In this document: in pieces, positions 53,966 through 64,000 of the stretch | Layout: each line of letters starts with the position of its first letter | How positions within the stretch are numbered: the first letter of the stretch is position 1 | Notes under the pieces: model-generated | What the model saw: only the letters and a program-made list of their open reading frames with translations | Database searches by the model: none | What the model was told of the DNA's origin: nothing | Translations under genes and position numbers: made by a program | Assembly (NCBI GenBank): GCA_964016885.1 | Contig: OZ024742.1 | Span: 77,996,001-78,060,000 of the forward strand | From: Eledone cirrhosa | Lineage: Eukaryota | DNA: 64,000 nt | Reading direction: 5' to 3'

Positions 53966-56686
53966 TATTATTATTATTGTTGTTATTCCTTGAATCTCAG
54001 TCATTGATGTTGGTTAACTGGAAAGTCCGTTGGATTGAATATCAAGCCACTACCTGCAGCCTCAGATATTCAGGACGTATCGGAGGGTTCTTGCTGTTCC
54101 AAGCAAGCATGCCTTTTGAAGCGTTCCAAAAAGCGCGAAGGGGCCGATTTTCTTTAACCATCCCTGGAAACTTTTGGAGATAGTCCCCAGTGCGCCTATG
54201 ACAATCGGGATCACTTTGACTTCATGGCAGTTCCAAATCCTTTTCACCTCCCACTTTAGGTCCTGGTATCGGTTAATTTTCTCCCTCTCCTTCTCTTGCA
54301 CTCTCGTGTCGAACGGGCAGGCCACATCCACAATCAGACACGATCTTTTTTCTTTGTCCACAACCACCAGGTCAGGTCTATTGTGTTCCAGTTTTTTGTC
54401 CGTCTGTATCCTAAAATCCCACAGCACCTTCACCTGATTCTTCTCCATCACCGCCTCTGGCCTATGCTCATACCATTTCTCAGAATGTGGTAAATTGTTT
54501 ACTTTGCACAGGTGCCAGTGGATCACCCTGCCCATCACATCGTGTCTCCAGCCCTTATAGTGGGTCTGGGCTAGGTGTTTACACTCGGACACAATGTGAG
54601 CCACAGTCTCCTCTCTCTCTCCACAGATCCTGCACAGTGGGCTAGCCTCCTCCTTGTAGATATGGTGCTTCAACCACTTCGTTTTGAGGGCCTGCTCCTG
54701 CGCAGCCATTAGCATTCCTTCTGTAGCCTTTTTGAGGTCTCCTCTTCTCAACCAGTTCCATGTCTGTGGATCTCTAAATTCAGTTTTCTCAAAGAAGGTA
54801 CTATGAAGGGATTTTCCCTTAAGGCTGCTCTTCCTCCTTGATGTTATTTCCTCCTTGGACATCCCCTGGCCTACTGTCCCCTCCTTCAGTACAGTTCTGA
54901 GCATTGGCTCCTTACTATAGGTCACGTATTTGTATAGGTTGTTTTTCTCCATCTGAACACAGTCCCCTATGCTGATAAGACCTCTTCCACCCTCAGATCT
55001 CCTTAGGTAGAGTCTATCGACATCACTCCTCTTGTGGAACATGTTGTAGATAGTCAATAGCTTCCTAGTCTTCCTATCCATTTCTTTTTGTTCAGCAACA
55101 TTCCATCTCAGAATTCCCGCACTGTACCTAATAATAGACACAGCTCGGGAATTTACTGCGCTTATGGCATTTCTGCTGTTCAGATGTGACTTCAATACGC
55201 TCCTTACTCTCCGAATGTATTCAGTTCTTAACAATTCCTTCATTTTTTTGTTCTTTATGCCATCAGCCTCCAGAACGCCCAAATACTTGTATCCTTCCTC
55301 AGAGTCAATTTCCTTTATCATCTCACCTGTTGGTATCTGGATCCCGTTACTTCTGCTCAACCTACCCCTCTTCATCACAATGACTCCACATTTACCAATA
55401 CCAAACTGCATACATATATCACTGCTGAAAATACGGACAGTGTCAACAAGCACATCCAACTCCTTCTCACTTTTCCCGAAGAGCTTAAGATCGTCCATGA
55501 AGAGGAGGTGATTGATGGTATGCTCTCCCCTTCCCAACTTGTATCCTGCTCTCACTTTTCGCAGCATAATGGTCAAGGGCATCAGGGCAAGGACAAACAA
55601 CAGAGGGGACAGGCTATCTCCCTGGAAGATACCTCTCTTGATCTTCACGCTTCCCAAGGATACTCCAGTTGATGTCAACTCTGTCTCCCAGGACCCCATA
55701 CTCCTGCCTAGCAACTGTCTGATGTTATCTGCCACCCTGAAGATCTCCAGGCTTTTGGTGATCCAGGAATGAGGCACCATGTCAAATGCCTTTCTGTAGT
55801 CTATCCATCCCATGGCAAGATCAGTGTGTCTCCTCCTGCAATTCCCCATTACCATCTTATCAATAAGTAACTGGTCCTTTGTACCACGTGACTTCTTTCG
55901 GCATCCTTTCTGTTCGTCCGGTAACAAGTTGTTTGTGTGGAGGTGATGGTAGATTTCCTCAGACACAATGCTCGTCAACAGTTTCCACATTACGGACAGA
56001 CATGTGATAGGTCTATAGTTGGTAACATCATTACCCTTGATTCGGTCTTTCATTATCAGAACTGTGGTACCTTTTGTCAACCACTCTGGCACCTCACCCG
56101 ACACCAACCAGTCATTGAACATGGCCGTCAGCTTCGGGTGGAGGGATGTTAAATGTTTAATCCAATACCCCTGCACACCATCTGGGCCTGGTGATTTCCA
56201 GTTGGTTAGTTTTTTGGCCTGCCCCTTAAGAGTTTCAACTGTGATACTCAAATATGTTTGTTGTTGTGCCTGCTCACCGATCTCCCTCTGTACTGTCTCA
56301 ATCCACCCTGCCTGGGCATTGTGTCTAACATCCTGCTCCCATATTCCTCTCCAGAATGTTTTAGTTTGCTCCGCCCCAGGGATCAAGTCGTTGCCTCTTT
56401 CTTTCCCCTCAAGCTGTCCAAACAGCATCTTCTGGTTGTTGTCGAACATGCGGTTCTGTTTATACTGACTGACTCTGTTCTCGTATCGCCTGATTTTTGC
56501 ACTCTTTGCTACAATGCGTTGCTTCAGTTCCTCTATGATAATATTTAGCTTTTTCCTCCTAGTTTTGTATTTTATTTCCAGTCTATTTTTAGTGCCTATG
56601 TTTTTTAGTGTCCCATTCAGTAGTGACTCAAGCTTTCCTATGTCATTTCTCATTTCCCTGATTTGCCCACTCAGTCGCTTCTTCCA

Positions 56687-56687
<1 letters not shown>
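53966..56687 (-). mobile_element. R4/Dong-clade LINE, 5'-truncated young copy in (TAA)n
   Basis: Intact ORF, about 80-bp 3' UTR, TAA-type tail at 53966-53985, and 5' junction directly into (ATT)n at 56688-56735. Confidence 0.95.

Positions 56688-56689
<2 letters not shown>
54062..56689 (-). CDS. Reverse transcriptase - CCHC zinc knuckle - restriction-like (REL) endonuclease, 875 aa, N-terminally truncated
   Basis: [36 protein letters not shown]; CRICGEREETVAHIVSEC; RHD; RPDLVVVDK...VDVACP...EKINRY. Confidence 0.95.
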
Positions 56690-56735
<46 letters not shown>

Positions 56736-56941
56736 GGTCTAAGCGGACGTATTTTGCTCGCTCACAATAAGTCGCTTTATTTCCCTGTTTAAATTAGTTG
56801 TTGTTAAATATTTCTTGTTGTGTAAGGGATATAAGCCCTTAGACTTTGTCCCGTGAAGGGGAAAGTATAATATTTGGGCCTTTTGGCCCAAATATTTGAA
56901 CTTTATTTTACATGTTAAAAAATTTACGAAGAAAAAAAAAC

Positions 56942-58927
56942 ATGGCTGACCCACGCCTCCCAGCGATATGTCGGCTGTCGTGCGACAACGACGTAGAAGT
57001 TGAGAGGAGCGCTACAGCTAAATTATCACAAATTGATAACACAAACACCACCACAAACAAGGTAAACAAAGACACCAATGATACCAATAAGAACTCTAAT
57101 TTGAAAAATAATGACAGTAACAGTGACAACGAATATACAGATAACAAAATAAAAATGACAAATACAACAATATCAACACCACTAACATGAAAACAAATAG
57201 CGACAACACCAACAGCAACAATACCAACTGCACCGAGAACAACGGTGGCAGCAAAGACAACAATGATAACAGCGACAGTGCTAACAACAACACCAACAAG
57301 AACAACGTCAACAACACCCCCAACGAAAACAAGACCACTTTCGCTGAGGCAGCAGCAAAAAAGAGGTCATGCTTCAACATGGACCTCTCAAACAAAGATG
57401 AAGAGTTGGCCCAGGCATGGAAGCTCATCAAGCAAGAGCAAACTTGGGCCAACTTAACTGTCCCGGTAGAAGTTATTGAGGCAGTGGAGCGCAAAACGGT
57501 GCATTATAGATGTATCTCAGTACAAACCAAATGGGCAGTTTTATCCCACAAGAAAATGTCGAAGTCGCGCTGAGGTGCATCAGAGAAGACACCCAGTACA
57601 TAGAGAGCGGCAGACAGTACGGCACCATTTCGGTGTTGTTCAAGTCAGAAGCCCTCGCGATGAAACACGCCATTACTCCTTGCAAAACGAGCAAGGTGAT
57701 AATGTAACCCTCCCACATGGGAAAAAGAACAGCCCGTCTCCGCATTCCCAGAATCCCACCAGGACTTGACATGTGGTGGCTTCTGGGATGTGTGATTGTG
57801 GAGGGGACGGATACAGTCCCTATAGAAGTGACCAGAACGGCCAGAGAGGACTGGTCCGGGGTTGACCTGGAGATCCTTCTCCAGATCAGGCCCGAGAATG
57901 TGAAGACAATCCCAGACCACGTCCGACTTCAGAATGGGACTGTCATTCACATTATGACCGAAGGCAAAAGGCCGCAGTGTTTTGTTTGTGAGGAAAGAAA
58001 CCCATTTGCGAGCCTTCTGCCCTCAACTGCTGAAAGAGGCAAGGGGTCGAAAGGCTCCACTGCTGCCGACGCCGGGGCGAGGACCACAACCAACACCTGC
58101 ACCGGCAAAACCACCAACAACAAAACCAATAGAAAGACCACCACCAACATTGACCACCCAAGGGGGAAACGAGGAAAGCTGTCAAATTCCCCCTCCCCCC
58201 CAAAAATACACACACCAATAAAACCTTAAACATACATACAGACACACTTACAGATACAGACCCCTCATCTACCAGTAGTGATGATGAGGAAAATCCAAAA
58301 TCCTCCAAAATTTAAAAAAGTAAACACAAAAAGAAAATAAAAACTCAACAAAGCTCAAAATCACCTAAAATAAAAAATGCAGACACCACCCACGCAAACA
58401 TCTCTCCAATAACACCAACATCAACACCACCATCACCATCACCAGAATCCCCCAAACGCGAACAACCGAAACAGACGCAAGAACAAATATACACACAAAC
58501 ATCTGAAACCACAGACACCGCACTCAATACAAACACAGATACAACCGAAACAACACCACCAAAACCATCACCACCACAGCCACACAAACAAATAAAATCA
58601 CACCAACAAAACATACAAAACTTCGTGCTCGTCAGGAGGGCCAACAAGGAACTGATGGCCCTCATAGCACGAAGTGAAAATATACAAAAAGAGGGGGAAA
58701 TTTTTAAATCGAGCACATTTCGCGTGCCGGAAGATTTGGTTCTGGTGCGAATGTCGCTCGACATATTCAAAGAAATAAGAGACAGCTTTCCTCGGGACGT
58801 GCTTTCCTCGGGACGTGGGAACCGTGAACGTAAAACCCACTTCAAGACTTTTAAAGGGGTTCCCAAAAGAAACCCCACTAACTATGGAGGTCGAACAACC
58901 CGACCTTCACAAGAGCCCGGAAGGTAA
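56942..58927 (+). pseudogene. Tx1-like ORF1 (gag-like), frameshifted
   Basis: Asn/Thr-rich N-terminus, TTFAEAAAKK, CFVC...HLRAFCP knuckle split by a frameshift near 57995, and Pro/Thr-rich linker. Confidence 0.75.
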
Positions 58928-58964
58928 GTAAACCTTCCTCTCTCTCTCTGTTTAACCTGCCAAC

Positions 58965-61900
58965 ATGGCCGTATTAAGAGTAGGATGTTTAAATGTTCGA
59001 GGCCTGGGATCGTCCTGGAAGCAGGGTCACCTGCTCAACGACCTCAGGTCTATAGAAATGGATGTAATTGCAATCAGCGAGACCAGGATTTCCGACACGC
59101 GCGCACTAGCCCCCATTTTCGACGACTATCAGATCTTTCAGATCTTTGCATCTGTTAGCCGCCCGGAAATGGGGGGCGGGGTGGCAGTGCTGTTTAGGAA
59201 AGGCCTGGATCTCGAGGTAAGGTCGATCTTCCGGGACCCGGACGGGAAGTTGGTGGTCCTGGACGTGAAAAATAATGAAGGTGGTGCCTTTAGACTGGTG
59301 GCCGTCTATGCTCCTACTGGGGCAGGACGGCCGGACTTCTTTAGACGCCTGGAAGCCTTTCTGGGTACGTCTCGCCCTTTTCTGTTAGTGGGTGACTGGA
59401 ACGGCATCTTAGACGCACGCTGGGACTGTGTGGGAGTATCCGATAGGAGCGGGGGGTGCAAAAGTCTCAAGAACCTGATCAGCCAGTTCCAACTGTCTGA
59501 CAGGTACCGACTAGATTTCCCTAATGCGCCAGTGTGGACCTGGGCTAACCGCATAGGGTCATCTAGATCGTATATAGACAGGATATTCATTAGGAAAATA
59601 GACAGAAATAGTGTAAGCTGTCCACGTTTTGAAACGGTCGCCTATTCAGATCACAAGTTTGTGATCTGTATGGTCCACCTAGATAAGAGGCGTAGGTTAG
59701 GACCTGGTTACTGGAAGCTAAACATGTCATTTCCGGCACGTAAGGCTTACAGGGACCAGGTCAACAATTTAGTTAAGAAAAAGTTGACAGGGGGAGTCGT
59801 CAACAATAGATGGTGGGGGGGGGGGGGCTCTCAAAAGAGAGATTAGAGTAATGTCGATAGAGTTTAGCAAAAAGTAGCATTAGAGAAAAATAGAAAGGGG
59901 TGGGAGTTGGTAGATAAGTTAGACGAGGCTTTTGGTAGTAGCATTGCAACTGATGTGCTAGCGGCAAGAATGGCATCAGACCATTTCTTCAATGCGAAAC
60001 ACGAAGGTTGCATTGTCCGAGCTAAGGCGCGTGCTCTGAGAAACGAGGGCACCAAAGCTGTTCGATGGACCCGCGTGGCAGAGGCGCAGCGTGGTAACAA
60101 AACCACGATTCGGTCTTGACGGACCGAGACGGGCACGAGCTGAGCGATTCCAAGAGGATGTGTGAGGCCTTTCGCCAACATTTTGCTCGGTTGTTCGGGG
60201 GAAGTGGCGGGTCAGAGATGGTGGCGGACTTCAGTCCCTACCTCGATGGCTTGCCGCAACTCTCGACGGCTGATGCTGGGCGCTGCGAAAGGCCAATTAC
60301 TTCAGCCGAGATTCAGGATGCCCTTGTAGGCTGCATGAGGCGCAAGTCAACCGGTTTGGATGGTCTGCCCTACGAGTTTTACGTAAATATGCCAGACTTG
60401 TTCTCCAATCTCCTCGAAGCCTTCTACTGCAACTGGCACCAAAACGGGAGTATTCCCAGTTCTGTGAGTCGGGGCGTAGTGTCGCTGATAAGGAAAGACG
60501 AGAACAAGAGGGACACATTAGATAATTTCTGGCCCATAACTCTGCTCAACACAGAATTTAAGATTTTGGCCAGGGTGTTAGCGAAGAGGTTGGCGTTTGT
60601 CGTCGGGCATTTGGTTGGGGAGGCGCAAACTTGCGCAATCCCAACCAGGTCCATACACGACAACCTCCACCTAATGCAATACATCATAGAGAGGGTAGGG
60701 TGTAAACCTGGCTTCGGTGGGGCTCTGATCAATTTAGATCAATTGAAAGCATTCGATAGGGTCTACCATCGGTACCTGGAGGCTGTCCTCAGGGCGGCTG
60801 GCTTCGGCCCCGTCTTCAGAGGCTGGATCGCTGCAATGCACAGTGGAACCTGCTCGATGTTCAAAATTAATGGCCACCTCTCGGAACCGTTTCAGGTCTC
60901 CCGATCGGTCCGTCAAGTGTGCCCTCTCTCCTGCCTTCTGTACGTATTGACTCTCGAGCCTTTACTGCGGAAGCTAGAGCTGTTGCAGGGCATCCCGCTC
61001 GAAACGGGACGCGGAAAGGCTGTGTCGGCTTATGCGGACGACATCACCGTGATGGTGTCGGACACCTCAGAAATCGAGGTGGTCGGCAACTTATTGGAGG
61101 ACTATGAAAGGTTGACCGGAGCAAAACTTAACCCGGAATAGTCAGTAGGGTTGCAACTCGGCACCTGGAGAGACAAGTCCATGCCGTCCAACAGCGTCGT
61201 TAGGCGCTGGACGGACAGACCGGTAAAGTTGCTAGGGGTTTGGTTCGGGCCAGACCTCCAGGTGGATAAGAATTAGGACGAGGTGACGGGCAGGGTAATC
61301 AGTCTCACCCAGAAATGGGCTGGGATGAAGCTATCTCTGAAATGTCGGGCGGAGGTGGCGAAAAGGTACATCGCGTCCGTCATCTACTACCGTCTGACTG
61401 TCGTCCCTTGCCCCCGTTCGCGTCTCGCCATCTTGGAGCGGCTCCTCTTCAAATTCTTGTGGAGGGGTCAGGTTCCGCTGGTGAGGCGGTCCATCTGCTG
61501 CCAGCACCCTCTACGTGGAGGGCTGGGCATGCCGTGGTTAATGATGCACTGAGGCTGCGGCATCTCCAGATATTCTGCCTAAACGGTGAACAGGTGTGGT
61601 CGCCGTTTGTCAGACGGCCCTTTCCGCAGCTCGTTTCTTTGACTGAGTTGCAGTCCTGGGTCAAGAAGAGACCGAGACTGGGTGACTGGCATCTGAAATG
61701 TTGCCAGGCACTCACTGCCCTCTACCAGGCGGGCAATTCGGTCAGTGGAACTTCCACTCTCGAGTTCTATAGAGGATTAGTGGTGGGCAAGTGCGACGCC
61801 GCACTCGGAGAGGCTATGGGAGTCAACGAAGTCGAACTAACCAGTCTGTACAGGAGGACTTTCGAGCCGGGGACGATGGATAATTTCCAAAAATCCCTCG

Positions 61901-62410
61901 CTTGGCAGTGCTACGGGGGGGGGGGGGGGGGCACTGCCGGTTCGAGATAAACTCTACAGGCACGGAAGTGCTGTCTGACGGACCTGTCCGAGATGCGCGC
62001 AGAGCCACGAAACCGTTCTGCACGCACTCGTCCAGTGTCCGTGCATTACTGACTAGTGGAGTTATGTTGAACAGCTGTTGTCGCGTGTAGAACGGATCCG
62101 GCTATCGGCCGAGTCCATAGTGAAGATCGACCTGCCACCTTCTTTTGGCCAGGCAGGGCAGGCATTTTCCTCTGTCTGGTGGCAGTAGCGAAAGAGGTTG
62201 TATGGTGGACGAGGTTGAAAGGACTGAAGACAGACACTTTTCTCGTCGGCCAATCCCTCATCAACTGTTTCAAGTTTCACTTGGAAAGGAAGGTGAGGGT
62301 GGAGAGGGAAGTGCTGCCCCCCCCCCCCCCCCAGTACATTTGCTGAAAGGTGGGTGAATGTGGCGAGAGTGGCTCGTGTGAGTGGGCCTACTCTGGTCAT
62401 GCGGCTGTAG
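58965..62410 (+). pseudogene. Tx1-like ORF2: AP endonuclease, reverse transcriptase, CCHC; with frameshifts and stops
   Basis: CLNVRGL, SETR, VYAP, GDWN, IDRIF, SDH, GYWKLN; KSTGLDGLP, PITLLNTEFKILA, KAFDRV, SVRQVCPLS, AYADD; CPRCAQSHETVLHALVQC near 61985-62040. Confidence 0.92.
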
Positions 62411-62749
62411 GTAGGTAAATTTGAAGAGGAGAGGGGTGCCCTTCCAGGGTGCTCTCGAAGCCTCGGGTCATTCAGGACTGGTGGTGTACCTGAGCGAACC
62501 CTAGGTGGTCATCCCCCCTATTGGGGAATTTTTTCTTGTTGTAATTTTCTTGTTACTTTATTGTTACTTTGTTATTGTTACTTTGTTTATTCATATTGTT
62601 TACTCGATTTTTCTGTAAAACCCCACTGTCCCAGTCTTTTGTATTGTCCCCTATATGTCGGCCCTTGTGGCCAATAAATGAAATCATTATTATTATTATG
62701 ATTATTATTATTATTATTATTATTACTATATGTCTATATATATATATAC

Positions 62750-63480
62750 AAACATCAAAATTGCTCCTGTAGAGTCAAAAGTGAATGCCCATTACAAGGT
62801 AAATGCAACACCAAAAGCCATTGTATATGCAGCTAAAGTGACAACCACCAGCAACAACCTACCAGCCACCAGCGAACGATATGTCGGTATGACACAAGAC
62901 AAATTAAAAATACGTTATTACTCACATGTCGCATCTTTCCGACATCCAGAAAAAAGATTTACAACAGCTCTGGCTAGCAGAATATGGGATTTGAAAGACC
63001 AAGGTATCCAATATAAATTAGATTGGTCAATTTTGAACCAATCTAAAGAATATGCAAGAGGAACAAGAAGATGCGCACTCTGCATAAGTAAAAAATATTG
63101 GATTTTACAGAACCTTAAATCACCAAAACCTGCCTAAATGCAAAAACAGAAACTTTCACCAGTTGCCCACACATGAAATCACACTTGCTTTCCAGCTCAT
63201 ATAAACTTAACTCACTTTCAGATACTTATCCTCCATAAACTCTTGTTCTTTACTTTCCTTAAATTACCCTCTTTACAGACTTCTCTTTCTGATTTACTTT
63301 TATTTTTATTTTTAACTTTATTTTTACTTCACATCCACCAATGACACCCCCCCCCCCTTCTTTTTGATTCACTTACTTTATATCTTCACAATTTCACATA
63401 TTTTACTTCCCCATTTTCTTTCACTACCTGATATCAAATGTCACATGCGTTTTCAACTCCAGATATATTCTGTTGTCTCT
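62750..63480 (+). mobile_element. Naiad-type PLE 3' fragment (GIY-YIG)
   Basis: AIVYAAKV...YVGMTQDKLKIRYYSHVASFRHPEKRFTTALASRIWDLKD...WSIL...CALC, then LNAKTE...CPH and a pyrimidine-rich UTR. Confidence 0.88.
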
Positions 63481-64000
63481 CAGCCGCTTTTATGTATGTT
63501 TACTTGCGTATAATTTGTACTCATTTATTCATACGGCTGTTTTTTATATTGTATCTATGCGTGTGAGCGTGCATGTGTGTGTATGCGTGTTTTTATATGT
63601 ATACGAATGCATTCGTATGTGCGCGTGTATGTGTGTATGTGTGTTTTTATATCTATGTTTTTTACATACTTATATATATATATATGTGTTTGTGTGTGTA
63701 TGTATGTGTATATGTATATGTATATATATATATATATGTATGTGTATGTATATGTGTATATATATATATATAGTCGCATGCGTGCGTGTGATTAGATGTA
63801 CATGTACGTATATATATATGTGTTTCGTGTGTATGTATGCGCACCTTTGTATGTATGTACGCATGTATGTGCTTTTGTCTGTACGTATTTATATTTTGTT
63901 TTTATATATATATATGTGTATGTACGAACCTATGTATGCTATTTCTTCTAGTGTTACTTTATAATTGATAACCCCTCCCTCTTACTTTCTCTTTGATTTA

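Larger units (their letters stand above)
56736..62684 (+). mobile_element. L1-clade Tx1-like LINE, apparently full length, decayed, flanked by (ATT)n on both sides
   Basis: 5' UTR, ORF1 with zinc knuckle, ORF2 APE-RT-CCHC, 3' UTR ending ggccaataaatgaaatc, then (ATT)n at 62685-62728. Confidence 0.92.

Noticed and set aside
55164-56548. Plus-strand ORFs overlapping the Dong element (also 278-1749)
   Set aside because: They are antisense shadows of the RT ORF.
58920-58965. Perfect splice donor AAG/GTAAGT at the Tx1 ORF1 stop
   Set aside because: No AG acceptor lies before the ORF2 ATG in the 37-bp spacer, so splicing cannot be supported from sequence alone.

Overview
AT-rich, microsatellite-dense eukaryotic intergenic or intronic DNA. 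The repeat landscape suggests an invertebrate, probably a cephalopod such as Octopus (inference). No host protein-coding gene is recognisable. The window is a nest of retroelements: two R4/Dong-type REL-endonuclease LINEs (1-3456 decayed; 53966-56689 with an intact 875-aa RT-CCHC-REL ORF), a full-length but decayed L1/Tx1 element (56736-62684) sharing one (ATT)n target with the Dong copy, several RTE remnants, tRNA-derived SINEs, a probable solo LTR, a TIR element, and many Penelope-like element (PLE) fragments of two types inserted in (TA)n. The main observation is a hammerhead-ribozyme (HHR) system found by manual folding. At least eight separate HHR folds occur in PLE 3' regions and in small non-coding, terminally redundant elements. 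A near-perfect array of ten 615-bp units plus a 40-bp partial unit (27692-33881) carries one variant type I HHR per unit, with a long stem II. The array shares motifs with a 525-bp HHR element at 10491-11225 and with the 3' ends of Naiad-type PLEs. This fits a family of large retrozyme-like, PLE-dependent RNAs copied as multimers. All folds and alignments were done by eye and need computational and experimental confirmation.
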